Assembly (NCBI GenBank): GCA_965198115.1
Contig: OZ240241.1
Location: forward strand, 1 to 64,000
Length of the DNA stretch: 64,000 nt
Reading direction: 5' to 3'
Source: Candidatus Latescibacterota bacterium
GTDB lineage: Bacteria > Latescibacterota > UBA2968
The notes beneath the pieces are model-generated. The model saw nothing but the letters and a program-made list of their open reading frames with translations, had not been told where the DNA came from and did not search any database. Of this stretch, positions 10,164 through 21,381 are shown in pieces. The position numbers were made by a program, and so were the translations under genes. Positions within the stretch are counted from its first letter, which is position 1. Each line of letters opens with the position of its first letter.

Positions 10164-11939
10164 TCAATCGCCACGTAATCCTGAGGTCCCTTGGGATACA
10201 AGCCTCTCCAACTCGAAGACTTCGCTGTCGGCTAGCTCCTGCAGCTCCTGGATGTCTTCTATTGCAAGCGCATTGACAACATGGTCGACCAATTCACGCT
10301 TCGCTCCGAGGATGTCTTCTAGCCGCTCTTCAATAGTGTTAGTGCAGACGTATGAATGAATCGATACGGGTCGATCCTGCCCAATCCGAACGATTCGATC
10401 ACGTGCTTGATCATTGGAAGACGGATTCCACCATCGATTGATAAAGAACGCGTGATTGGCTTCGGTCAGAGTCAGACCTTCGGCAGCAACTCTACTCGAG
10501 GCAAGAAGCGCAGCGATTCCGCGGCCTGATCGGAAAGCGCTAACTACTGCGTCTCGTTCAGCAATCTGCATCGCTCCGTCCAAACGGACGTATTTGATTC
10601 CTCGCAATTCTAGAAGACTGCCGATTGCATCGAGTGGCGAAAGGCGGTATGAGAAGACGACAGCCTTCTCACACTGCTCCGCGACACATTCAATCTGGTC
10701 AACCATATGCTCGAGTTTAGAGCTTTCTCCAGTCGCCGGATCAGCGTCGCAGATTGTGAGTAACTTGCCGATCAGCGCGAGGAGCTCACCCGATGTCTGC
10801 GTTGATCGTGACCGTACCGCCTCGTCGTAGACCTTCCGCTGTTCTGGGGTCAGGTCAACGTAGTGTGTCAGCTCTGAGACGGTCGGCAGGTCGGCTAACA
10901 CGTCAGCTTTCCGCCGTCGCAATATCAGGGGTTTCGCCATCGAGCGGATAGTGCCGGGACCAAGGACGTGAAGCTGCGCGGAGTATCTAGATGGTTCTAG
11001 GATCGAGAGCAGCGTCGAGAGATCCTCCACGTCACGCTCAATAGGTGTGCCCGTCAACGCCCACGTAGACCCCGAGTGTATCGAGCGGACTGCAGTAGTC
11101 ACCGCTGCCTCAGATCGCCGTACCCGATGGGCCTCATCAAGTACAAGCTTCTGTACGTTTGCCTGTTCTATTTTGTCCGGTGCGAGGTTCTTGAATTGGT
11201 CGTAGTGCATTACCAAAAGATGGACTCGTCCCGCCGCCATCGCCCACAGTGACGAAGGATCGTCCTGCCACGACGTTGAGCAGGCCATGGTAAGTTCAGG
11301 CGCCCATTTCTGGGCCTCAAATTCCCACGTTGAAACAAGAGTCCGGGGACACAACACCAAAACAGTGCGGACCTGATCGCGGTAGACCATGATCCTTACT
11401 GCCTCGAGTACTTGAAGCGTCTTTCCTAGTCCCATGTCGTCGGCGAGAATCCCCGTTTGGTGATCGAGTAACCAAGCTACGCCAGTACGCTGAAACGACC
11501 TCATCGCGTCGTTTTCCTGGAAGTCGCAGAAGAGGGGACGTATCAACCAACCAATCTCCGGCGCCGTCTCAGGTCCCCGAACACGCTGCCACAGTTGGTG
11601 GTTTCCGGGAATCGCAACTGTTGCCGGACGCTTTCGAGCAAGCACCCCTCGGAGTTGTCGGCTTGCCACTTGTGCCCACACGGCGGCCTGCACTATTCGC
11701 TCTTGGATGATGGTTCGTGGTAAGTCGGGCGGCGAAAGTGACAGAGTGAATGCTAGCTGCAACCCGTCTTGAGTATGACGAAGCTCGCAGTGGACGAAAT
11801 CCCCATGCGTGGTGTGAGGAATAACGATACTCTCGGGCAACACCCAGTTTGCTAGCGGTGGAACAGTTACAGATGCACTCGTTTGAATCACTGTGAACCG
11901 CCTCGGTTCTTGAGAGAGTTCGTTGCTTGACCCGGCCAC
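10164..11939 (-). CDS. SNF2-family DEAD/DEAH helicase
   Basis: GILADDMGLGKT, LDEAH, LTGTPIE, LRRRK, EGLTLTEA, WWNPS..DQARDRIVRIGQ. Confidence 0.9.
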   Translation of the reverse strand: MAGSSNELSQEPRRFTVIQTSASVTVPPLANWVLPESIVIPHTTHGDFVHCELRHTQDGLQLAFTLSLSPPDLPRTIIQERIVQAAVWAQVASRQLRGVLARKRPATVAIPGNHQLWQRVRGPETAPEIGWLIRPLFCDFQENDAMRSFQRTGVAWLLDHQTGILADDMGLGKTLQVLEAVRIMVYRDQVRTVLVLCPRTLVSTWEFEAQKWAPELTMACSTSWQDDPSSLWAMAAGRVHLLVMHYDQFKNLAPDKIEQANVQKLVLDEAHRVRRSEAAVTTAVRSIHSGSTWALTGTPIERDVEDLSTLLSILEPSRYSAQLHVLGPGTIRSMAKPLILRRRKADVLADLPTVSELTHYVDLTPEQRKVYDEAVRSRSTQTSGELLALIGKLLTICDADPATGESSKLEHMVDQIECVAEQCEKAVVFSYRLSPLDAIGSLLELRGIKYVRLDGAMQIAERDAVVSAFRSGRGIAALLASSRVAAEGLTLTEANHAFFINRWWNPSSNDQARDRIVRIGQDRPVSIHSYVCTNTIEERLEDILGAKRELVDHVVNALAIEDIQELQELADSEVFELERLVSQGTSGLRGD

Positions 11940-12143
11940 CGTGACTGAAGCCTCCTGCGGGTACAGTCAATTTAGCGAAGTGGACGCCCTTTTCGCCCGT
12001 CGCAACGTGACCAGACCGATTTTTGTACCAGTCGTTGTGAGAGAGTTTACATCACAACCTAGGGCTGTGAAACTGAGTTCCGGACAGGGGTATACGCGTA
12101 AACCCTATATTCCCGATGACCCACCTACCTTGTTTGATTTCGA

Positions 12144-12488
12144 GAGGAAGGACTGGAGGAAACCCTGACCCTCCACCGGCTGGGGATGCTCCCGTTCTTG
12201 AAGCGAAGCTTCCGAACCACCAATTGCATCGAGGCGCTCAACAGCATGACCGGCAACCTGACACGGAAGGTCAACCGCTGGAACAACTCTCCTCAGCGAC
12301 ACAGATGGGTCGCGGCCGCACTCCTCGACATCGAACCACGCCTGCGACGCGTGAGCGGATACAAACACCTCCCGCTGCTCAGGCAAGCACTGAAAAACAA
12401 CCTGAATCTCGGCGACAATCAAGATGCTCGGCAGAGAGCATGAATACCACGGAGCCCGATGAGTTTCAACTGACTATGGGACTTGACC
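12144..12488 (+). mobile_element. IS256 family (type A) 3' fragment, duplicated in tandem with the next copy
   Basis: Near-identical to ~13470-13814, including the right end ggacttgacc followed by tgaga. Confidence 0.8.
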
Positions 12489-12493
12489 TGAGA

Positions 12494-13814
12494 GCGTGTA
12501 CCCGTAAGAAAGGAGCCCACGATGGAGAAGCTATTTGCAGGGGATGGCGAAGTCAAGGTTGGGTCAGACGTTATGGATTTGGAGACGCGTTTATCGGTGA
12601 TCCGGGCGCTGATTCCGCTGGGTCTGGAGGCCGTTGCCGACGTGCTCCAGCAGGAGGTGGAGCAGCTCGCAGGCGTTCGGTATGCGCGTAAGGGTTCAGA
12701 GCAGTCGCATCGTCGATGGGGAAGCCAGAAAGGGTCCGTGTATCTGATGGACCAGAAGCTGCCGGTGGCCGTTCCCCGTGTGCGCGACGTCGAGTCCGAT
12801 ACGGAGGTTTCTCTGGCCGCATACCGGGGGATGCAGAGGCCCAGAGCGATGGATGAGAAGCTGCTGCTTCGTGTGCTCAAGGGAATCTCCTGTCGCAACT
12901 ACAGAGCCTGTGCAGAGTCGGTACCCGAAGCGTTCGGAATCTCGGCATCCTCCGTCTCGCGACGGTTCATCAAAGCCACCGCAAAGAAGCTGAAGCAGTT
13001 CCAGGAACGACCGCTCGACGACTACGACTTGGTCGCCCTGTTCATCGACGGAAAGAGCTTTGCCGACGAAGAGATCGTGATCGCTCCGGGCGTCACGACG
13101 GACGGCCAGAAGATCCCCCTGGGCTTCGTCGAATCGGCGACGGAGAACGAACGGATCTGCCGTCAGCTGATCCAGGATCTCATCCGGAGAGGCCTGTGCT
13201 ACGACCAGGGCCTTCTCGTTGTGCTGGACGGCTCAAAGGGACTCCGCAGTGCCGTCACCAAAGCCCTCAAAGGGGATGTGTGCGTGCATCGCTGTCAGTG
13301 GCACAAGCGCGAGAACGTCGTCAGCTACCTCCCGGAGGCAGAACGTCCAAGAGTTCGACGGAAACTTCAGAAAGCCTATGACTGCGACACCTACGAGGAG
13401 GCAAAGGCCGCACTCGAATCACTCAAACCCGAACTCAAGCTGATGAATCAGTCTGCCGTGGCAAGCCTCGAGGAAGGACTGGAGGAAACCCTGACCCTCC
13501 ACCGGCTGGGGATGCTCCCGTTCTTGAAGCGAAGCTTCCGAACCACCAATTGCATCGAGGCGCTCAACAGCATGACCGGCAACCTGATACGGAAGGTCAA
13601 CCGCTGGAACAACTCTCCTCAGCGACACAGATGGGTCGCGGCCGCACTCCTCGACATCGAACCACGCCTGCGACGCGTGAGCGGATACAAACACCTCCCG
13701 CTGCTCAGGCAAGCACTGAAAAACAACCTGAATCTCGGCGACAATCAAGATGCTCGGCAGAGAGCATGAATACCACGGAGCCCGATGAGTTTCAACGGAC
13801 TATGGGACTTGACC
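12494..13814 (+). mobile_element. IS256 family (type A), intact 415-aa transposase 12522-13769, left IR missing
   Basis: LFIDG, VLDGSKGL, RCQWHK, RTTNCIEALN mutator-type DDE motifs. Confidence 0.9.
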
Positions 13815-13954
13815 TGAGATGAAGGAGACTGTTCCTCGGCTGCGTCTATCGTAACGGATGTAGATTGGGTCGGATTCCCGTAGGAGCAGGTCCAGAAGAA
13901 TCCTGATTATTGGGTCGGATTCCGACTGACGACACCTTTTATAGATACTGGTCT

Positions 13955-14195
13955 GGTCAAGTCCCATAGTCAGTTGAAACTCATCGGGCCCCGTAGTTTG
14001 GTCAGGCTCTCTTTTGAGCATTCTGTTCGTTGTCGAGATTCAGATCTTTGTTCAGTGCTTGCCTGAGTAGGGGAAGATGTTTGTATCCGCTCACGCGTCT
14101 CAGGCGAGGTTCGATGTCGAGGAGTGCGGCAGCCACCCATCTGTGTCTCTGGGGAGAGTTGTTCCAGCGTCTGACCTTCCGAGTGAGCTCGCCGG
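13955..14195 (-). mobile_element. IS256 type A right-end fragment
   Basis: Matches the right-end region of the copy at 30016-31403. Confidence 0.8.
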
Positions 14196-14619
14196 TGTGT
14201 CGAGAGAGGCTGAAATCGGACGGTGTGGCCGTCTTTCATCTAGGAGTCAGCAAGAAGTGCGATATGGCGAAAGAGTTGGCTCGGATCGCCAAAACATGGT
14301 TCCGGGTGGCTGACATTTACACAGAATGCGTTACCCACTGCGAAAGCCACGGTATTCGCGATAAGGGGACCGTAGTGGGTCATCAGTTTCTGGTACTGCA
14401 ATAGCTGAGTCCATAGTCAGAAAACTCGCTGACCTACTTGAAGATGAGGACGTTTTAGAGGATGTTGTCGCGGGTCGCTTTCACGCCAACGTGTCCCTGA
14501 GGGTGCAGGGGATTGGAGGAGCGGAAGGGAAATTGACAACGAGGGCATAAGGGCCTATTTCCGGCATCGAAAAGACTCCGCCATTAGAATGACGCAAGGA
14601 GAGGGGAAGAGAGGGGACG

Positions 14620-14781
14620 ATGCGACTCACCGAACGACACATCGAGTGCGCCCATCTCTGTGCCAGGCTTGAAGTTGCAGGCCAGGAGGACACGAAAGTT
14701 ATGGCAAAGGAATGTCGCGTTACGAGGACCACGATTTACAATTGGTTCAAAGAGTCGTCGTTTAATTTCGATCCCCATTAA
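14620..14781 (+). pseudogene. Truncated phage-like HTH protein, paralogue of 18870-19301
   Basis: Hand translation MRLTERHIECAHLCARLEVAGQEDTKVMAKECRVTRTTIYNWFKE, with a purine-rich RBS upstream. Confidence 0.55.
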
Positions 14782-15241
14782 AGGTCGGCGAATGGAATTT
14801 TGCCTCTCTTGACAGCCTCATCGAATCAGAGCGACAGCCTTTCTGCCCTGATCGACTCTGAAGCAGCTGCCTTCAAAGATCGTTGACCCCGTCCAGCGTC
14901 AAAAGATAAAGTCTGCCGAGCTGACAAGCCGGTTGCAGTCTACCACCCACTGCGGGCGCTGACCTAGGGGAGCCAAGAGAACCACCGGATCAAAACCGGG
15001 CTTCATTTAGAAACGCCAGCAGGCGAAGGGCCCCGTGCAGCAGTTGGCACGGGCTCGAACTGCCAAACCCAGCCCTTTGCCGTTCAAAAAGCGCTCCCAA
15101 GAAGCCGTCAGAGGTTGGCCTCATGCCCCTAGCGCACCTTCAGGTTGGACCCGGAGCACCTGGGGGTTCGTCCCGCTCGCGGGACACGTGTTCACGGCTC
15201 GTCGTGTCGAACCTTCTGCCGCCGTAGCCGGTCCACGTCGG

Positions 15242-16151
15242 TCACTTTCCCCGGCGTCCTCGATATCGAGCTGCCCGAGCTCGCGCTTTCGCGCGAATGC
15301 CCGTCCAGGACTCCTGGGTCAACTGCGCCAAGGCCAGCAGTTGATCCACCGCCCAACACCCGCCCCGATCGGTATCGGTGAGCACGTAGTGACTTTCGCG
15401 CTCCAGCAGCAGCTTGACGGCCAGAGGGAACACGTACGCGGCCATCACGAGATGCTCGAAGATAGTCCAGCCCCCTGATCGGCCACCGTCGCTGCCCTTG
15501 TGAGCGACCTTATTGCGCATGCCGTACAACTCTTCGAGCCACTTCTGATGCACCCACCATTTCAGCTGCTTGGCGGCTCGGCTGTTGTCAATTCGTTATG
15601 CCCGCCCTCACCTTCTGAGCGTCGGCCACCGTCATGGTTCCGAACTGACCGAACAACTTCGCCAGCTTCTGGCCGAGTTTGTATTTGCCAGCGCCGGCGC
15701 GGAGAAGTTGCTCGTAGGCTGAGGCCATCAAGATGACCTCGGCGGGCCCCGTCATGAAGTCATCGTTTGTGTTCGCCAATTCCACGAAGGGGAGAGTCGT
15801 CCGCAAGAGGCCTGCCACTTCGGAGTCCGCTGCGACGGCAGCGCTCAATCCTGCGAGGAAGTCCTCATCGAATGATGCTGGCTCCCCGATGGAACACTGC
15901 ATCGGGAGGTTGAAAGTGACCTCCCCGTGCTCGTACCCACCGTCGAGGGTCTCCCCGTCTCGCCTTCGCGCCGGGATCGTGATGTGCACGGGCATATCGC
16001 CGCTGTAGGCCTGCCCGATGATGCGGAACATCGTCGAGTTCACATACGAGCCCAAGCCGCCAAACCGAGGGAAGTAGTCGTTGCACGCCCAGGAGGCGAG
16101 GAACAGCAAAGATGCCCCCCACCTGACCGCTGGACGGTCGTCCCTCGACAA
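15242..16151 (-). pseudogene. HEPN-domain protein (ApeA-like), frameshifted and probably 5'-truncated
   Basis: Two consecutive ORFs carrying LMASAYEQLL and LYGMRNKVAHKG (RxxxxH). Confidence 0.6.
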
Positions 16152-16174
16152 ATCCCATCCTTTCCCTGGAATGG

Positions 16175-16537
16175 TTGCAAAGACGCGACCTCGAATCGCC
16201 GATTACCGAAGGGGTGCGCCGCACGGTCCAGGCCATCGAACGGAACCACCGCGACGACGGCGGAACCGTGAAACAGTCCGCCGGAATCACCGCCGACGTG
16301 CTCGCCCGGATCGAAGCGACCGCCCACCGCCCGCGGAAGCGGGGCCGCGGGATCGACGGGGCCAGCTCGCACGGTTGCCGGGTCGGGATGGCGCAAGACC
16401 TCGCCCGGACGGCCGGTGTCGATATGCCAGCCATCATGCAGGCCGGGGGTTGGCGCACTGAAAAGATGGTCGCGCGGTATACCGCACGCGAGCAGGCAGC
16501 ACGCGGCGCCGTCGCACGATTCTACGGGACCGCATGA
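16175..16537 (+). pseudogene. Cre-like tyrosine recombinase remnant (internally deleted)
   Basis: SSHGCRVGMAQDL...IMQAGGW...MVARY corresponds to the HxxR / W / Y catalytic boxes. Confidence 0.75.
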
Positions 16538-16699
16538 TGGGCGGCGCCCGCCCAGGACCTCGGGCGAGGGGGGAAACTGCACTGGTGAAAACTACAGGCC
16601 CTCGGATTCGGAGACCCGCTTAGTCAACGTTCGGGGTCTTGGTCGACGATCGAGGGGGCAGGGTCAAGACCCATATCCCAAAAAAGGGAGAGCCACATA

Positions 16700-17736
16700 A
16701 TGAAACCGATCATCACATGTCTTCTTATCGCGGCCACCGTTGCCGTCGTCGCTTGCGGTTCCGGTGCTGCGCAAGTCGATTGCGCGGACTGGAATACCAG
16801 ACCCTTTTTCGACGCTGCAAGAGGGTCTGACGTGACTCGTTGTTTGCAGGCGGGCGCGGACCCGAACGCGCGGAACGAACACGGCCTCACCCCGCTGCAT
16901 TCGGCGGTAATCGAGGGGAGCGCCGAAGTTGTGACGGCCCTGGTGCAGGCGGGGGCGGACCCGAACGCGCGAACCGAACACGGCTTCACCCTGCTGCACG
17001 GCCTCACCCCGCTGCATCTCGCGGCGGTCGAGGGGAGCGCCGAAGATGTGACAGCCCTGCTGGATGCGGGAGCGGACCCGAACGCGCGGAACGAACACGG
17101 CCTCACCCCGCTGCATTCGGCGGTAATCGAGGGGAGCGCCGAAGTTGTGACAGCCCTGGTGCAGGCGGGGGCGGACCCGAACGCGCGAACCAACGGCTTC
17201 ACCCCGCTGCATTCGGCGCCAAGCGCCGAAGTTGTGACGGCCCTGGTGCGGGCGGGAGCGGACCCGAACGCGCGAACCGACGGCTTCACCCCCTGTATTC
17301 GGCGCCAAGCGCCGAAGTTGTGACGGCCCTGGTGCAGGCGGGGGCGGACCCGAACGCGCGAACCGAAGACGGCACCACCCCGCTGTATTCGGCGCCAAGC
17401 GCCGAAGTTGTGACGGCCCTGGTGCAGGCGGGGGCGGACCCGAACGCGCGAACCGAAGACGGCTTCACCCCGCTGCATTGGGCGGCAAGCGCCGAAGTTG
17501 TGACGGCCCTGGTGCAGGCGGGGGCGGACCCGAACGCGCGGAACGAACACGGCGTCACCCTGCTGCATTCGGCGGTAATCGAGGGGAGCGCCGAAGTTGT
17601 GACAGCCCTGGTGCAGGCGGGGGCGGACCCGAACGCGCGAACCGACGGCTTCACCCCGCTGTATTCGGCGGCCGTGGGACCTCGTGCAAGAGAACGACGC
17701 ACTGAAGGGGTCCGCTGCTTACTGGCGGATGAATGA
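16700..17736 (+). CDS. Secreted ankyrin-repeat protein, frameshifted at ~17292
   Basis: Signal peptide/lipobox-like MKPIITCLLIAATVAVVAC, followed by about 9 repeats of TPLH...AEVVTALVQAGADPNAR. ccccgctg is reduced to cccctg at the break. Confidence 0.85.
16845..17670 (+). repeat. Coding tandem repeats of ~84-99 bp (ankyrin units)
   Basis: Recurrent gcgccgaagttgtgacggccctggtgcaggcgggggcggacccgaacgcgcg. Confidence 0.9.
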
Positions 17737-18736
17737 CGCACGGTTCGACGCGCCATGAGAAAAATCCAGGAAGAACATCCGTTGAAAACTTCAAGCTACC
17801 TTGACTACAGCGGCCCCGGCATCGGAATTACGGCCGGCCGCCCACCTGTTAGGTGGCCGAGTGGTTCGAGCGGGAACTCGGGGCATCAGGTCGAGGAATT
17901 CGGCCACGGAATGATCCCGATACGGACGGGGGGTCCGAGGGGTCCACGGAAATTCAGGGAACTCTGTCCTTCGACGAAAAACTATAGGAGGAGGTCACGT
18001 GCAGAAGTCTTCGGAGACAACGCGAATAGGGGTTCTGCTTCACCGCTGGACTTTAACGTCCCCCGAATCGCAAGCGTCGGGTGCTTTCCGTGCGTCGGGT
18101 CGGCGCTGTGTATATTTTCGAGGTTCGATGGGACGGACAAAATCAAGGTATGACCTATAAGTAGGCACGTCCCGCCTTACGACGACGGCGAAGGAGATGC
18201 GTGAGGCCACTCATCGACCCAAGCCTAAAAATTGTCGTCTTTCCACGTCCTGGCCAGCGTCCGCAGGGCTTCCAGATCCTTGAGCGCTCTCCACCATCCC
18301 CTCAACGTCAGCCGCCGTCTCATCTTTCCATGTCCGGCTCTACGACCGGACTCCTGTCCGAGAGGCATCGTGTCCGGTGCCCCCCGACTCCACAGAGGCG
18401 CGTTGACGGCTTGCCGGACCCCCCCAAGCCGATCGGCGCTCCTGAGCGCCCTCAAGGCCCTTTCCAGGGCCAGGGATGGCCACAGCACGATCACGGGCCA
18501 GGACGCCGGCGACGTGGGATCAGCAGGACGGCCGAAGCAGTTTCACGAACCGTGGGTTGGGGGTCGGGGGTCTTTTCCCAGGGTCGGGGGCCGGGATGAG
18601 CCCCGGGGTTGGAGGGGGTCTTTTCCGCGCTTTGGCGCAAGCCTGAAAAGCACCAACGCGAGAGGGTAGCTCGTGCGCGGTAGGCCCCCGGTCGAAACCG
18701 CGATCGGGGGGCCTAAAAAGCTTTTTGAATGTGGTG

Positions 18737-18845
18737 TCAGGAGGTAGGGATGTTTTCGGATTCGACGATTGATTCTACTGAAAGGTCAGCGTAACGGAGC
18801 CTCTTGCCTTCGAGACCTCGAACGATGGCCCGCATCTGGTTGGAG
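18737..18845 (-). mobile_element. IS1595-family transposase C-terminal remnant
   Basis: QMRAIVRGLEGKRLRYADL resembles the IS1595 C-terminal motif. Confidence 0.55.
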
Positions 18846-18869
18846 GGTGTCAAGCGGACGAACGTTGTG

Positions 18870-19301
18870 TCACCGGGTGGGTGGACTTTTGCCTTCTGGA
18901 CGGTGAAGGGCCACCACGACCTCACCGGCGATCTGGCGCTCGAGAAGGTCGATCTGCTCCTGAAGGGCCTCAATCATCCCTTCCACATCGGCCGCCGTCT
19001 CGTCGGCGATCTGCCTCAGAGCCCGGAGCTTCGTGTCGTCTTTGGCACACTCGTCGGTCGCGATCACCACCAGGGCTTCGATGCGATCCCGGCGGTGCGT
19101 GAGCGGAATATCCGACAGGTCAACCCGGAATGCGGCGCGAGCACGGGCTTTTTCGGCCCTGAACGCCGCGTCTTTGAACCAGTTATAGATCGTGGTCCTC
19201 GTGACGCCGCATTCTTTGGCCATTTCTTTCGTGTCTTAGCCTGCAACTTCAAGCCTGGCACACAGATGGGCGCACTCGATGTGTTTGTCGGTGAGCGTCA
19301 T
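18870..19301 (-). pseudogene. Phage-like HTH protein (small terminase-like) with an in-frame TAA near its N-terminus
   Basis: MTLTDKHIECAHLCARLEVAG*DTKEMAKECGVTRTTIYNWFKD...KLRALRQIADE. Confidence 0.5.
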
Positions 19302-19749
19302 AGAGGCGTTCCAGAGCGTTCAAAAAGCGGGCTTTTCCGATGCCCGAATATAGGGCCTTTGCCACAGGTGGCCAAGGATTCAGCCCGTTTGAATGATTTG
19401 ACAGATTTATGGGGGGATCGAAATTAGAAAACTACCAGGGTTCTCGTTCGACCTGGTAGCCCTGAAGGTGCCCGAGGAGAAACGCCTTGAGAGGGTTCGT
19501 TCAAATCGGTTCAAACGAACGCGTAAAGGGCGAGAACTTCACGGCCCCTTCCGGCTTTGAGGCCGAGATCGAAAAGGGCGGTCAGAGCAGCTTCGCCTTC
19601 CGCTGCGCGATCACAATGGAGTTTGGTCGCGCCAGCACCTCCGACGCGTTCCCTGCTGCTAAAGGGATTGAGAAGAATTCGAAGAAGTCTTTGTCGACTA
19701 TACCGAAGCCGAGACGAATCCGTTGCTGACCGTACTCGACGGGCGCGGC

Positions 19750-20053
19750 TCGCACCCACGCGCGCCATCACACGCTCGATCTCCGGGCATTCGGCCTCCA
19801 ACACAGGTGCTAGAGCCCCCGTCGCACCGGGCTGGAAGACGTGCTCGCTGGAAGCGTTCCGCGTTTCACGTACGACCCGGTAGATTCGGTCTCCTCCCTC
19901 GTGAAAATCGTCGACCGCATACTCCCGCCGAATGTACATCATCGCCAGAATGCAAGACGCGATACCGATCGACAAACCGAGCACATTCAGTGCCGTATGC
20001 AGCGGATAGCGACCCAAGCTGCGAAACGCGGTCTTAAAGTAGCTGTGGAGCAC
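19750..20053 (-). pseudogene. MacB/FtsX-like ABC permease N-terminal fragment
   Basis: SYFKTAFRSL...NVLGLSIGIASCIL...EYAVDDFHEGGDRIYRV; same family as 46346-48727. Confidence 0.75.
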
Positions 20054-20181
20054 GCCTAACCCCCAGATTGCGAGATGATCGTGGTATCTGCTTTGAGCCC
20101 ACCGCCGCTCTTTCATTCGTGCTTCTTCTTCCTACGGGATCGCTCGGGGCCAGAGCTCTCGATCAAACCCTGGGTCTCGAT

Positions 20182-21381
20182 CTAGGCCCCCTTTCCGGGG
20201 TCATACCGAATCGTTTCGAACAACGAAAACTCGGGTCGATGCGTCCTCAAAACGGTCGCTTTTATCACGCTCTCGGTGTACTCGCGATCGCTGGAAGAGT
20301 CGTGCGTGATGCCACCCCCTACACCGTATTCCCCGACCCGCTTGTCCGAGTCCACACAGACGGTACGAATCCCGACGCTGAACGTCGCTTCACCACCGGG
20401 CGCGACAGTGCCGATGGCCCCCGTGTAGACGCCCCGCGGGGAGCACTCGAGGTCACGAATGATCTCCATCGTGCGAACCTTCGGGGCTCCCGTGACGGAC
20501 CCACACGGAAATAAGGCTTTCATAATCTCCGTAAAGCCGACATTCGGCCTCAATCGCCCCTCGATCTCCGAAGTCAACTGCAGGACCGTTTCGAAACGCT
20601 CGACCGCCCACAGATCACCCACACGAATAGAGCCCGGTCGACAGACTCGTCCCAGGTCGTTGCGGAGAAGATCGACGATCATCAGGTTCTCGGCACGATC
20701 CTTTTCGGAGCACGCAAGTTCCGTCGCCAATCGGTCGTCCTCTTCGGTGGACGGGCCTCGCGGCCGTGTCCCTTTCATGGGGCGTGTGGCAATCCAGTCG
20801 TCGCGAACCTGAAAGAACAGCTCAGGCGATGCCGACACGATCTGAAAGCGTCCCGTGTCTATGTAGGCCGCGTAATCGGCACGTTGGGCGCTGGAAAGCT
20901 GCTGGTACAACGCCAGAGAATCGATCGCCGTCTCCGACCAAAGACGGTACGTGTAGTTGACCTGATAGGTGTCGCCCGCCCGTATGTAATCCTGGATCCG
21001 ATCGACACGGGCTTTGTAAGCCTCGGGCGTAACAGATGGGTTCCATCGCCGGGTCTCGAGATCAGTGGAAGCCGATGTCGGCTCGATTGACTTCCGTTCT
21101 CGATACAGCGCAAACCAGACCAGCGGCAGTTCTTCGACAGGCGCTTGAACGGCCATTGCCTCATCGAACGCCGGAGCTGCTTCGTAACAGACGAAACCTG
21201 CCGCGTGGAGGCCATCCTGCGTGGCTTTTTCGACCTGTTCCAGCGCAGGCAGAACATCGTCGACCGTAAGCGCCTTCACGACGCGGACGAATCCCGCGAA
21301 AGCGTAGGATCGCTGATCCCGACGACTGCCGAAGGACTCGAGCCTGACCTCGGGGTGAGTGCGTGGCGACAGATTTGTCAC
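20182..21381 (-). CDS. pabB: Aminodeoxychorismate synthase component I, probably a truncated PabB-PabC fusion
   Basis: GDTYQVN, SASPELF, TRPMKGT, KDRAENLMIVDLLRNDLGR, FPCGSVTGAPK, GVGGGIT. Ends just after FSLFETI. Confidence 0.9.
   Translation of the reverse strand: MTNLSPRTHPEVRLESFGSRRDQRSYAFAGFVRVVKALTVDDVLPALEQVEKATQDGLHAAGFVCYEAAPAFDEAMAVQAPVEELPLVWFALYRERKSIEPTSASTDLETRRWNPSVTPEAYKARVDRIQDYIRAGDTYQVNYTYRLWSETAIDSLALYQQLSSAQRADYAAYIDTGRFQIVSASPELFFQVRDDWIATRPMKGTRPRGPSTEEDDRLATELACSEKDRAENLMIVDLLRNDLGRVCRPGSIRVGDLWAVERFETVLQLTSEIEGRLRPNVGFTEIMKALFPCGSVTGAPKVRTMEIIRDLECSPRGVYTGAIGTVAPGGEATFSVGIRTVCVDSDKRVGEYGVGGGITHDSSSDREYTESVIKATVLRTHRPEFSLFETIRYDPGKGA

Noticed and set aside
16845-17670. 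CRISPR-like repeat array
   Set aside because: The repeats are in-frame ankyrin units with related rather than unique spacers, and no cas genes are visible.
17755-18730. Several 89-145 aa ORFs and a gggggtcttttcc direct repeat
   Set aside because: Low-complexity translations with no motif; no function can be supported.
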